Source of the DNA: an uncultured Actinomycetota bacterium
Lineage (GTDB): Bacteria > Actinomycetota > Actinomycetes > JAHEKZ01
Assembly (NCBI GenBank): GCA_963743915.1
Contig: CAVURN010000002.1
Span: forward strand, 288,001-352,000
Length of the DNA stretch: 64,000 nucleotides
Direction: 5' to 3'
Notes under the pieces: generated by a model
Told to the model about the DNA's origin: nothing
Database searches by the model: none
Seen by the model: only the letters and a program-made list of their open reading frames with translations
Part shown: positions 29,138 to 40,611 of the stretch, piece after piece
Layout of the letters: every line of letters starts with the position of its first letter
Numbering within the stretch: position 1 is the stretch's first letter
Program-made: the position numbers and the translations under genes

Positions 29138-30118
29138 TCAGCCTCTGGCCCGTGGATGGGCCGCGGCGTAGACCTCGCGCAGCTTGTCCACCGTGACCAG
29201 CGTGTAGATCTGCGTGGTCGTCACGGAGGCGTGGCCGAGCAGCTCTTGCACCACGCGCACGTCGGCTCCGCCGTCGAGCAGGTGGGTCGCGAAGCTGTGG
29301 CGGAGGGTGTGGGGCGAGACGTCCTCGGTGATGCCGGCGTGCTCGGCGGCCGCCCGGAGCACGGTCCAGGCGCTCTGCCGGCTCAGCCGACCGCCCCTGC
29401 TGTTGAGGAACAGAGCGGGGACCCCGGAACCACGCTCGGCCAGGGGTGGGCGTCCACGGACCAGATAGGCCTCGAGCGCCTCGGTCGCGTACCGGCCGAC
29501 GGGGACCACCCGCTCCTTGCCCCCCTTCCCGGCCAGCCGCAGGACCGCCGACTCCCGGTCGAGATCGTCGACGTCGAGGCCCACCACCTCCGAGATCCGC
29601 GCACCCGTGCCGTAGAGCAGCTCCAGCAGCGCCCGGTCCCTCAGCTCCTTGGGAGTCCGGCCCTCGCCGGCGGCCGCGAGCAGGGCCTCGACCTGGTCGT
29701 ACCGCAGCGCCTTCGGCAGCCGCCGGGGTGGCGCCGGGGGCCGGACGTCCGCCGCCGGGTCCGTGGGAGTCAGCCCCTCCAACGCCGCGAACCGGTGGAA
29801 CCCGCGGACGGCCACCACGGTGCGGGCTGCTGAGGAGGCCGCGAGCGGTGGATGCTCCACGTCGCCCTCGCGCAGCCGGCCGAGGAAGGCGAGCACGTGC
29901 CCCTCGGTGACCTCGTCCGGTGCATGGACCCCGACCTCGCGCAGGAAGGTGAGGTAGCGCGCCAGGTCACGCCGGTAGGACGTCATCGAGTTGCGGGCCA
30001 GACCTCGCTCGAAGGTCAGGTGGTCGAGGTACTGGCGGACCGCCACCGACACCGGCGTGTCGCCGTCGGCGGGCCGCTCACCTGGCTCCGACTGCGGAGC
30101 TCCGGCGGTGCTGGGCAT
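29138..30118 (-). CDS. xerD: Tyrosine recombinase XerD
   Basis: [58 protein letters not shown]. Confidence 0.95.
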   Translation of the reverse strand: MPSTAGAPQSEPGERPADGDTPVSVAVRQYLDHLTFERGLARNSMTSYRRDLARYLTFLREVGVHAPDEVTEGHVLAFLGRLREGDVEHPPLAASSAARTVVAVRGFHRFAALEGLTPTDPAADVRPPAPPRRLPKALRYDQVEALLAAAGEGRTPKELRDRALLELLYGTGARISEVVGLDVDDLDRESAVLRLAGKGGKERVVPVGRYATEALEAYLVRGRPPLAERGSGVPALFLNSRGGRLSRQSAWTVLRAAAEHAGITEDVSPHTLRHSFATHLLDGGADVRVVQELLGHASVTTTQIYTLVTVDKLREVYAAAHPRARG

Positions 30119-30152
30119 GCGGCGACCCTAGACTGCGCCACCCCCGAAAGGA

Positions 30153-30180
30153 CGAAGCCCCCGCCGCGGCGGGGGCTTCG
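30153..30180. terminator. Intrinsic hairpin after ald
   Basis: CGAAGCCCCCGCCGCGGCGGGGGCTTCG palindrome followed by TCCTTT on minus strand. Confidence 0.8.
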
Positions 30181-30191
30181 TGAGAGCAGGC

Positions 30192-31307
30192 TCAGACGAG
30201 GAGCTCGTCGACCGCGACGGTCGGCAGCCCGAACGCCTCGGCCACGGCCTCGTAGGTGATCTGTCCCTCGTGGGTGTTCAGTCCCGGGCGCAGGGCGGCG
30301 TTGCCCTTGAGCGCCTCACGCCACCCGAGGTTGGCCAGCTGCACGGCGTACGGCAGCGTGACGTTGGTGAGGGCGTACGTCGAGGTGTGCGGGACGGCGC
30401 CCGGCATGTTGGCCACGCAGTAGAAGACCGTGTCGTGCACCTTGAAGGTCGGGTCTGCGTGCGTGGTCGGGCGGGAGCCCTCGAAGCAGCCGCCCTGGTC
30501 GATGGCGATGTCGACGAGCACGGCGCCGGGCTTCATGCGCGCCACGAGCTCGTTGGTGACCAGCTTGGGTGCCTTGGCACCAGGGATGAGCACCGCGCCG
30601 ATGACGAGGTCGGCCTCGATGACGTCCTGCTCGATCGCGTACGAGCTCGACATCAGCGTCTGCAGGCGTCCCCGGTAGATCCGGTCGATCTCGGCGAGAC
30701 GCTTGGCGTTGATGTCGAGGATCGTGACGTGAGCCCCCATGCCGACCGCGATCTGCGCGGCATTCAGACCGGAGACCCCGCCCCCGAGGACGACCACCTT
30801 GCTGGCCTTGACCCCAGGCACACCGCCGAGCAGCGTGCCCCGCCCGCCGTTGGCGCGCTGCAGCGTGGCGGCGCCCACCTGCGGTGCCATCCGGCCGGCG
30901 ACCTCGGACATCGGCGCGAGCAGCGGCAACGAACGGTCGGGCAGCTCGACGGTCTCGTAGGCGATCGCCGTGGTGCCCGACGCCAGCAGCGCGTCCGTGC
31001 ACTCCTTGGACGCCGCGAGGTGCAGGTAGGTGAAGAGCACCTGCTCCTTGCGCATCCGGTGGTACTCCTCAGCGATGGGCTCCTTGACCTTGAGGATGAG
31101 GTCGCCGGTCTGCCAGACGTCGTCGGCGGTCGGCAGGATGGTGGCCCCGGCCGCGACATACTCGTCGTTGGAGATGGAGGAGCCGACGCCGGCGTCGGTC
31201 TCGAGGTAGACGTCGTGACCGTGGCGGGTGAGCTCGTGCACACCGGCCGGAGTGATGGCCACCCGGTACTCGTGGTTCTTGACCTCGCGAGGGATGCCGA
31301 CCTTCAC
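30192..31307 (-). CDS. ald: Alanine dehydrogenase
   Basis: [43 protein letters not shown]; 371 aa. Confidence 0.97.
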   Translation of the reverse strand: MKVGIPREVKNHEYRVAITPAGVHELTRHGHDVYLETDAGVGSSISNDEYVAAGATILPTADDVWQTGDLILKVKEPIAEEYHRMRKEQVLFTYLHLAASKECTDALLASGTTAIAYETVELPDRSLPLLAPMSEVAGRMAPQVGAATLQRANGGRGTLLGGVPGVKASKVVVLGGGVSGLNAAQIAVGMGAHVTILDINAKRLAEIDRIYRGRLQTLMSSSYAIEQDVIEADLVIGAVLIPGAKAPKLVTNELVARMKPGAVLVDIAIDQGGCFEGSRPTTHADPTFKVHDTVFYCVANMPGAVPHTSTYALTNVTLPYAVQLANLGWREALKGNAALRPGLNTHEGQITYEAVAEAFGLPTVAVDELLV

Positions 31308-31387
31308 AGCAATGTCCTTTGTGAATCGAGAGCAGCTCGCCAGCCGCACCCCCTCGGGGCGAGGGGCGCACGGAGTCTATCTGAGGT

Positions 31388-32058
31388 CTAGGAGAGGCCC
31401 CAGTCAGGTCCGGGCCAGGGATCGTCGGGCGGACGAAGGCCACGCCAGCCGCGCTGACGCGCCTGCTCGGCCGCCAGGATGCCCGCCACGGCGAGGGCGT
31501 TGTGCAGCCGACCGCGTCCGATCTGCTCCACCACGGCATCGAGCGCGACCCTGGTGACCACCATGTCCCGCTCCTCGTCCTTGGGCGCCGGTCGCTCCGC
31601 TTCGGGCACTACGGACAGGCCCCGTGCCAGGAAAACACGCAGCGTCTCGCTGCTCATGCCCGGTGAGGAGTAGAGGTCCAGGACCGTGTCCCAGCGCTCC
31701 GCCCGCAGACCGGCCTCCTCGACCAGCTCCCGGACCGCGGTCTGCCACGGGGACTCGCCCGGATCGTCGAGCAGTCCCGCCGGGATCTCCCACAGCAGGG
31801 AGGCGACGGGGTGGCGGTACTGACGCACCAGGACGACGCGGTCGAGGTCGTCGAGGGCGACGATGCCCACGGCTCCGGGGTGCAGGACGACATCCCGGTC
31901 GACGACGGTGTCGGCGTCCAGCTCCACGCGGTCGGTGACGACGTCCCACTTGGCCCCTGCGAACCGCTGGCGTCGCCCGTGGACCGGCCTCGGCTGCCCA
32001 ACATCGGTGAGCGGGGCGTCGGCGAGCTGTGCGTGCTCGGAGGTGCCGGCGTCTTCGC

Positions 32059-32062
<4 letters not shown>
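31388..32062 (-). CDS. NUDIX hydrolase (ADP-ribose pyrophosphatase-like)
   Basis: [19 protein letters not shown]...[12 protein letters not shown]. Confidence 0.93.
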
Positions 32063-33756
<1,694 letters not shown>

Positions 33757-33913
33757 GGAGGGCTCCCGTGGTCGTTCCCGATGTTGTGCGGGCTCGGCCT
33801 TGAGCACCGATCCACGGGAGACCAGGCTATCAGCCGACCTGTTCAGGTTCTGCGGTGACGCGCGGCAGGTTTTGTGCGTCGGCCCCCGTTCCGGCGGATG
33901 AGGCGAGGGCCGA

Positions 33914-34684
33914 CTACGGAGTCACTGAAGGCTTGGGCGGGATCGGGAGCAGCGGGCCCACTCCCCGTGCCCGTAGGGCGCGCCACACCGCCCAGAACTG
34001 CCGTGCGCGGTGGCGCTGGGCTCGCCAGCCTCGTCCGGTGACGCGATGGCGCAGGTCGACCGGCACCTCCTTGACCACGAACCCTGCGCGCAGCAGGTCG
34101 ATCGTCAGCCCGACCTCGACACCGAAGCCGGGTGCGAGCGGTCGACCGGCCTCGAACGCATCGCGGGTGAGCGCCCGTTGGCCCGACAGAGGCTGCGTCG
34201 GTGCCCATCCCGTGGCGTCGCGAACACCCTGGCGGGCGAGATTCACCACGAATCCGTGCCCGCCGCCAGGCTGCGGTGGCAGCTGCGCGATCGCCATGTC
34301 AGCGTCACCGGACACCACAGAACGGATCAGCGGCTCTGCGCGTGCGGCGCTGGCTTCGAGATCCGCGTCCAGGAACAGCAGGGGTCGGCGTCCCGCCCCA
34401 GCTGCCATCTCCAGCTGCAGCACGGCGTCGGCCCCGCGCTCCATCGCGGCCGCCTTTCCCTCGTTCGTCGGCGATGAGACCACGTGTGCTCCGGCCCCCT
34501 CCGCGATCTCAGCAGTTTCGTCGCTGGACCCGTCATCCACCACGACGACCAGGTCCACCGCGGGCACGGAGAGAGCAGCCCGGACGGTCGCGGCGATCCT
34601 CTGGCTCTCCTGATAGGCCGGGATGACGACTGCAGCCCGAGTACCCGTGACGGAGTTCTCACGGTCGACGTGCGGTGTGTCCAC
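33914..34684 (-). CDS. Glycosyltransferase family 2
   Basis: [30 protein letters not shown]. Confidence 0.9.
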   Translation of the reverse strand: MDTPHVDRENSVTGTRAAVVIPAYQESQRIAATVRAALSVPAVDLVVVVDDGSSDETAEIAEGAGAHVVSSPTNEGKAAAMERGADAVLQLEMAAGAGRRPLLFLDADLEASAARAEPLIRSVVSGDADMAIAQLPPQPGGGHGFVVNLARQGVRDATGWAPTQPLSGQRALTRDAFEAGRPLAPGFGVEVGLTIDLLRAGFVVKEVPVDLRHRVTGRGWRAQRHRARQFWAVWRALRARGVGPLLPIPPKPSVTP

Positions 34685-34761
34685 GCGGCGATCCTTCCAC
34701 GGTGTCGCCCCCTAGGTGAGACGCCGGTCGAGCACGCCGGTCGTGCACACGGCCACACGGT

Positions 34762-36417
34762 TCATCCCTCGTCGAGCCCCGCCCGCGACCGCAGCCGCAC
34801 GAGCCCTCGAGCCGACTGTGGATCGACCAGTAGGGCCACACCACCGACGGCGGCCAGCGAGACCACGCCGATACCCAGCAGCTGGAGCAGCGCTGCACCG
34901 ACCGAACCGGTCGAGGGGATGGCGAGATGGCCGAGCCATCCGACGACAAGCGCGGTCATGCTGACGGCCACCGTCATGCGGAGAACCCCGCGGAGGGCGC
35001 GACGACCGTCCCGCAGCCTGACCAGGACAGCGAGAAGGAGCGCGGCGACCGTCACCCCGACGCTGAACCCGATACCGATGGCTCGCGCCACCTCTGTCGC
35101 TCCCTCGGCTGCGCGCACACCCGTTCCGGCAGCCACAAGCGCAACCGCCCAGCCGACCACCGTGCCGGCGGCAGCGCTCGGCGAACGATGTCCTGCGGCC
35201 AGCACGCGGACGAGATGGCCATGTGCTCCGTACGCGATCACGCCCGGTGCCAGCGCCACCAGCATTCCGGCCAACATCGGCACGGCATCGGTACCGGGAG
35301 CACCCTGGACCATCAACACCGCCAGTGGCTGCCCGGCAGCCGCAAGGCCGGCTGCGCCCACCGCAGAAGCCGCAATGATCGTCCGCAGACTGAGCGCGAT
35401 GGTCTCCGTCACTTCGTCCCGGTCCCCGCGGGCATAGAGGGACGAGAGCCGAGGAAAGGTGGCGGTCGCGATCGGGAACGCCAGCACCGCCCACGGCAGG
35501 AGAAAGACCGTCCACGCCAGCACGAAGACCAACGCGCTGCCTTCACCGCCGTAGACGTTGCTCCACCGGATGGCCAGCGCGTAGGCCACCCACTGGGAAC
35601 CCACGACCACCGCACCGCTCCACGCGAGCGTGAGCGCCTGCCGGGAACGACCCTCCGGAAAACGCAACGAGGGCCACACGACGAGGTCTGCGCGGCGAAG
35701 CGCCGGTATCTGCACCACGAGCAGGGCGAACACGGCAGCGGTGGTGCCACCGGCCAGGATCCAGAACTCCGCCGTCGTCAGATCCTCCAGTGATCCGCGG
35801 TGGTCGCCTGCGAGTACCGCGTAGGCCCCATAGCTGGCGATCATCAGGACGCTCGAGACGGCCGGCGCTACAGCCGGAGCCAGGAATCGGTGGTGCGACT
35901 GCAGCGCGCCCTGCGCGATGACGGTGGCGCCGTACACAGGGATCTGCAGCAGGAAGACCCAGAGCATCTCGACCGATGTCTGGTCCGCCGCGCTGCCGCA
36001 GGCGCTGGTCGATCCGAGGAGCAGCTCGATCACCCACCCGGAAGCGAGGTAGATCACCGCCGTCACGGGAACGAGCAGGAGCAGCGACCACCCATGGAGG
36101 GCCGCGACCACGGCGCGCACCTTGTCGGGATCAGAGGCACGCGCACCCGCGACCAACGGAACGACCAACGCCACCAGTGCGCCACCCACCACGAGCTCGT
36201 AGACGATGTTCGGCACGGCGTTTGCGGTGGCGTAGACGTCGCCCAGGCATGTCGTCCCCACCGTCCGAGCGAGAACGAGGTAGCGGACGAAGCCGATCAC
36301 CCGGGCGACGACGGTCACGCCCGCGATGAGCAGTGCGGCGGTCACCCACTCCGGCTGCGCGCCGTGCGGATGAGGCGTGTCCTCGCCCCTGCTTCCGCTT
36401 GGCGCTCCGCTGCTCAT
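34762..36417 (-). CDS. murJ: MurJ/MviN-family lipid-linked precursor flippase
   Basis: RVIGFVR, Y.TAN.VPNIVYELVVGGAL; many TM helices. Confidence 0.85.
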   Translation of the reverse strand: MSSGAPSGSRGEDTPHPHGAQPEWVTAALLIAGVTVVARVIGFVRYLVLARTVGTTCLGDVYATANAVPNIVYELVVGGALVALVVPLVAGARASDPDKVRAVVAALHGWSLLLLVPVTAVIYLASGWVIELLLGSTSACGSAADQTSVEMLWVFLLQIPVYGATVIAQGALQSHHRFLAPAVAPAVSSVLMIASYGAYAVLAGDHRGSLEDLTTAEFWILAGGTTAAVFALLVVQIPALRRADLVVWPSLRFPEGRSRQALTLAWSGAVVVGSQWVAYALAIRWSNVYGGEGSALVFVLAWTVFLLPWAVLAFPIATATFPRLSSLYARGDRDEVTETIALSLRTIIAASAVGAAGLAAAGQPLAVLMVQGAPGTDAVPMLAGMLVALAPGVIAYGAHGHLVRVLAAGHRSPSAAAGTVVGWAVALVAAGTGVRAAEGATEVARAIGIGFSVGVTVAALLLAVLVRLRDGRRALRGVLRMTVAVSMTALVVGWLGHLAIPSTGSVGAALLQLLGIGVVSLAAVGGVALLVDPQSARGLVRLRSRAGLDEG

Positions 36418-37238
36418 GGCGCCGGACGGCGGCCGAGCGCGTCGAGGGTGCGCAGGGCCGGCGTCGACTCGATCACCCTCGAGAAGCTGATCTTCTCGCT
36501 GGCGAGCGTGAGGGCGACGACGGCGATGGTGGCCGCGAGCAGACCGCGTCGGCCCAGTGCGGACGCCGCCGAGACCCCCCACGCCGCGCCCAACGCATTG
36601 GCCCCGGTGTCGCCCAGCATCGCGCGCTCGCCGAGGTCCTCCGGCAGGAGGGACGTGACGGCTCCGGTGGGACCGGCGAGGACGGCACCGGGCTCTCCGC
36701 GTGACAGCAGTGCAGGAGCCGACGCCGCGAGGTAGACCTTGGCGGCGCGACCGGGACGCAGGTCGAACAGGTTGGCGAGGTTGGCGCCGCCGGCCACGAG
36801 AGCACCTGCGAGAACCGCGTCCACCACCCCGCCCCTCCCCCGCCGCGCGAGGGCGCCGGTCACGACCCCCAGGGCCCCCAGCCCGCCGAGCTTGAGCGCT
36901 CCGGTGGTCACCTCGCCCTCGCGGAGCGCTCCGAGGTGTCCCCGCAGTCCCTTGACGTCGGTCGCCCCGACGAGGTCGTCCCAGGCGCCGAGCGCGGCCG
37001 CTCCCCCGACCGCCAGCGTCGCGGCTGCGCGCGTCGTCGCCGGCAGGTCCGGTGTCACCAGCAGTCCTACGACGGCCCCGGCCGCAGCCGCCGGACCTTC
37101 GGCGAGGGTGACCGGCTCGCCCCGGTGGTTCGTGCGCGCCCACCGGTCGGCCTGCCCTCCGTCCAGAAGCGCCCGGTGGACACCGCGCGCCACCGTTGCC
37201 CCGACGACGGCCCCTACGGCCCGCCCCAGGAGACCCAC
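36414..37238 (-). CDS. Membrane protein with MraY/WecA (GT4)-like motifs
   Basis: GAWDD, NLANLFDLRPG, MLGDTGANALG. Confidence 0.7.
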   Translation of the reverse strand: MGLLGRAVGAVVGATVARGVHRALLDGGQADRWARTNHRGEPVTLAEGPAAAAGAVVGLLVTPDLPATTRAAATLAVGGAAALGAWDDLVGATDVKGLRGHLGALREGEVTTGALKLGGLGALGVVTGALARRGRGGVVDAVLAGALVAGGANLANLFDLRPGRAAKVYLAASAPALLSRGEPGAVLAGPTGAVTSLLPEDLGERAMLGDTGANALGAAWGVSAASALGRRGLLAATIAVVALTLASEKISFSRVIESTPALRTLDALGRRPAP

Positions 37239-37239
37239 C

Positions 37240-38157
37240 TCAGCCTCGAGGCAGCGGGTCGGGGGCCGGCCCGTCGACGTCCGCTCCGGTGCCGTAGTGA
37301 CCCACCCCGCCGGAGAGCTGCTCGGCGAGGGCCAGCACGGTGACGGTCACACCGGACACGGTTTCGAGCCGGTCCACGCTGGAGACCAGACCATCGACGT
37401 CGGACCCCCTCAGCACCCCCACCGCCCCTCCTGGGCGATCGCTGCCGACAGGGGCCGCCAGCACGGTGCCGAGGCCGACGTCGTCGAGCGCTGCCAGCAG
37501 CGGGACCAGCGTCAGGTCACCGTCGACCACCTGACGATCGGATCCGACGACGACGGCGATGTCGCCACGGATCACCTCGTCCTCGTCGGCGGAGAGGAAC
37601 TCCTCCTGCTCCAACGCGGCGAGCACCGAGATCGAGTCGACGTACGGCTCCCCCACGAACCGTCCGCCCGGCGTCAGCAGGGCCTCGGCGAGCACGCGGC
37701 TGGCCAGCGTGTACGGGTCCTGGTCCCCGCCCCCGCGGGCGAGTCCCTCCGCCACGCGTCCGAGCACGTCGCTCTGCTCGGGGTCGCTCCAGGCGTCCTC
37801 GAGGGTGACCCGTTCCCCCACACTCGCTCCGGCACCGTCGATGGCCTGCTCGACCGCATCGACCTGGTCTCCCGAGGCGCCCGGCAGCACGATGATGGTG
37901 GCGACGTGGTCGTTGAGCAGGTCCTCGGTGAGCACCGGTTGCGTCAGCTGCGCGAGCTCCTCGTTGGCCTCGAGGTCCCCACGGAGCGCCGACACCTCGT
38001 CCTGCAGGTCGACCTTCTCCTGCGCCAGCTGCTCGGTGCGCGCCTCGAGGAAACCGCTGATGTCGTCCTTCAGCGGTCCGGACCCCAGCACGATGCCGAC
38101 CGCGAGGGCCAGGAAGATCCCGACGATCGACACGACGTGGTAGCGGAAGTCGATCAC
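37240..38157 (-). CDS. steB: SteB/MctB (DUF3186) membrane-anchored protein
   Basis: MIDFRYHVVSIVGIFLALAVGIVLG, coiled coil, SSVD, GHYG. Confidence 0.88.
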   Translation of the reverse strand: MIDFRYHVVSIVGIFLALAVGIVLGSGPLKDDISGFLEARTEQLAQEKVDLQDEVSALRGDLEANEELAQLTQPVLTEDLLNDHVATIIVLPGASGDQVDAVEQAIDGAGASVGERVTLEDAWSDPEQSDVLGRVAEGLARGGGDQDPYTLASRVLAEALLTPGGRFVGEPYVDSISVLAALEQEEFLSADEDEVIRGDIAVVVGSDRQVVDGDLTLVPLLAALDDVGLGTVLAAPVGSDRPGGAVGVLRGSDVDGLVSSVDRLETVSGVTVTVLALAEQLSGGVGHYGTGADVDGPAPDPLPRG

Positions 38158-38209
38158 GGTGCGGTCCTTCCACGGACGGTCGGGCCAGGTGTGGGGAGGG
38201 CGAACGCGT

Positions 38210-39382
38210 TCACCCGGTGGCCCAGAAGACGAGGTCGTGCCACCACGACTCGAGCAGGTCGAAGAGGCTACGCCCGGCCGCCGTCGAGACCAGCGCCGCG
38301 ACCATGGCGGCCAGGCCGGACGAGACGAGCAGCACCAGCTGCCAGGTGGAGATACGGCTCCGGTAGAGGCGGCTCACGCCTTTGGCGTCGACCAGCTTGC
38401 CGCCGACCCGCAGCCGGGTCAGGAAGGTGCTGGCCATGCCCGCCCGACCCTTGTCGAGGAACTCCACGAGCGTCACGTGCGTGCCCACCGCCACGATCAG
38501 GCTCGCCCCCTTGTCGTCGGCGAGCAGCATCGCGACATCCTCACTCGTCCCGGTGGCGGGGAACACCACCGGGTCGACACCCAGCGCCTCGACCCGCTCC
38601 AGACCCGGTGCCCGACCGTCCCGGTAGGCGTGCACCACCACCTCTGCGCCGGCACTCAGCGCCTCGTCCGAGACCGAGTCCATGTCGCCCACGATCAGGT
38701 CCGGGCGGTACCCCATCTCCAGCAGCGCGTCGGCGCCGCCGTCCACGCCGATCAGCACCGGCCGGTACTCGCGGATGTAGGGGCGAAGGGTCTGCAGGTC
38801 CTCCTTGTACGAGTAGCCCCGCACCACGATCAGCACGTGCCGGCCATCGATCGGGGTGCTGATGTCGGGCACGCCGACGCCATCGATGAGCAGGTCGCGC
38901 TCCTGGCGCAGGTACTCCATGGTGTTGCTGGCGAACGCCTCGAGCTGCACCGACAGCCCGGCCCGCGCCTCCTCCATCGCGTCCTCGACGGCGGCGGTGT
39001 CCAGCAGCAGTCCCTTGGCGACGACCGCGCCGTCCCTGAGCAGGACGTCACCGTCCAGCACCACGTGGTCACCTTCGTGGATCCGGCCGAAGACCTCGGG
39101 GCCGACCGCGTCCAGCAACGGGACCCCGGCGTCCACGAGGATCCCCGGACCCAGGTTGGGGTAACGACCACTGATGCTCGACGAGGCGTTCACCACTGCC
39201 GCCGGCCGGCACGCCACGAGGCCCTCGGCCGCCACGCGGTCGATGTCGAGGTGGTCGATCACCGCGACGTCCCCCGGACGCAGCCGTTTCGTCAGGTTCT
39301 TGGTGCGCTTGTCCATGCGGACCGAGCCCGCCGGCTCAGGCCCGAGGGCCTGGCTGGAGCGGCGGAGCAGGGGCAGACGCAT
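38210..39382 (-). CDS. steA: Cytokinetic ring protein SteA (thiamine pyrophosphokinase-like domain)
   Basis: DKRTKNL.KRL.PGD.AVIDH.D.D, GRYPNLGP, GVDGGADAL, STFLTRLRVG. Confidence 0.92.
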   Translation of the reverse strand: MRLPLLRRSSQALGPEPAGSVRMDKRTKNLTKRLRPGDVAVIDHLDIDRVAAEGLVACRPAAVVNASSSISGRYPNLGPGILVDAGVPLLDAVGPEVFGRIHEGDHVVLDGDVLLRDGAVVAKGLLLDTAAVEDAMEEARAGLSVQLEAFASNTMEYLRQERDLLIDGVGVPDISTPIDGRHVLIVVRGYSYKEDLQTLRPYIREYRPVLIGVDGGADALLEMGYRPDLIVGDMDSVSDEALSAGAEVVVHAYRDGRAPGLERVEALGVDPVVFPATGTSEDVAMLLADDKGASLIVAVGTHVTLVEFLDKGRAGMASTFLTRLRVGGKLVDAKGVSRLYRSRISTWQLVLLVSSGLAAMVAALVSTAAGRSLFDLLESWWHDLVFWATG

Positions 39383-39418
39383 ACCGGTCATCCTGCCAGA
39401 GCGTGCGGTCCGGAACGG

Positions 39419-40480
39419 TCAGCGTTGCAGCAGGAGGGCGTCCACACCGACCTGTGAGCGCCGGTCCGAGGACCGATTCACCACGGTCACCCGGGTCGCC
39501 TCGGCCCTGGTCACCGGTGCCGTCCACACCACCCGGGCCGGTCTCCGCTGCGGCGAGTGGAGGTCGACGGTGGCGACGACGACGCCGTCCATGAGCACCT
39601 TCGCCGACCCCTTGCGCGGCCCGGTGGTCGCGACCCAGGCCACTGACCGTCCCTTGACCGTGGCACTGAAGCGGTCGCCTGCTGTGCGACTCACCCACTC
39701 CGAGCCACCCAGGACGCCCGGGGCCGGGACGACGGACCAGCCTGACGAGCGGCGCGTCTCCGACCAGTCCACCGGAGCCACGTACCCGTCCCGACCCACG
39801 CGGGTCACTCGCCCGACACCGTCGTACAACCAGATGCGCCATGCGGTCGACGACCGGGGTCGGACGGTGAAGTCGTACTGGTCCAGTGTCGGGTCGAACG
39901 AGTAGCAGCAGGTCGCGTTGGGTCCGATGCGACCCAGCGCCAGACCGGTTCCCTCGTCCTTGCCGGACCACGTGAACCGGAGCGGGTATCCGGCGTCAGT
40001 GACGCGTCCGGTGCGCAGCAACAGCCGCGGACCGGAGGTGAACACAGGCGCGACGGTGTCGACGACGACGTCCAACGCGTGCGTCGCCAGCCGCTCGTTG
40101 CCCGCTTGGTCGTACGCCGCAACGGTCACGACATGCTGGCCGTCCGGCACGTCGATCCGCTTGGTCACTGTGCTCCCGGCCACATCGGTGAGCTGGCGGA
40201 CGACCTCGCCGTCGACGCGGATGCGGTAGGTCACCGCGCTGGTCTCGTCGGTCGTGACCTGCCACGTGACGTAGACATTGCTGTACGGCGACAGCACCGA
40301 CCACCCCGTCTGGAACTCGCCGTCGGGGACGACGTCGAAGGCCGCCGGCGGCGTCGTGTCCCCCTGGCCGGCAGCGGCAGTGGTGGCCGGAAGCAGGCCC
40401 AACACCCCGGGCAGCGACAGGGCGACCACCAGGAGGGCACGACGACGCGCCGTCAGTGCGCGCCGGCATGGTCGCCCCAC
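39419..40480 (-). CDS. Secreted Ig/Fn3-like and carbohydrate-binding-like protein
   Basis: RRR plus hydrophobic signal; DTTPP, V.AYDQAGN, VDTVAP, G.A.V..DG, VGVDALL; start uncertain. Confidence 0.6.
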   Translation of the reverse strand: MGRPCRRALTARRRALLVVALSLPGVLGLLPATTAAAGQGDTTPPAAFDVVPDGEFQTGWSVLSPYSNVYVTWQVTTDETSAVTYRIRVDGEVVRQLTDVAGSTVTKRIDVPDGQHVVTVAAYDQAGNERLATHALDVVVDTVAPVFTSGPRLLLRTGRVTDAGYPLRFTWSGKDEGTGLALGRIGPNATCCYSFDPTLDQYDFTVRPRSSTAWRIWLYDGVGRVTRVGRDGYVAPVDWSETRRSSGWSVVPAPGVLGGSEWVSRTAGDRFSATVKGRSVAWVATTGPRKGSAKVLMDGVVVATVDLHSPQRRPARVVWTAPVTRAEATRVTVVNRSSDRRSQVGVDALLLQR

Positions 40481-40611
40481 GGAAGACCCCCCTCGGTCCG
40501 TCCGGGCCACTCGACCCCGACCCCAGCATGATGCGGGCCCGGCGGTGGACGCCGTGGGCGTAGTCGAGGGGCATCCACCCAGATGGACCAACCGATGCCG
40601 GCACGGACGGG

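Noticed and set aside
29138-30118. Tyrosine recombinase as a prophage/island integrase
   Set aside because: Sequence and pyrG-NUDIX-xerD-parA-scpAB synteny identify housekeeping XerD.
31080-31102. CCTTGACCTTGAGGATGAG in ald as a motif A site
   Set aside because: Explained by preferred codons of the conserved LILKVKE peptide; no codon-bias anomaly.
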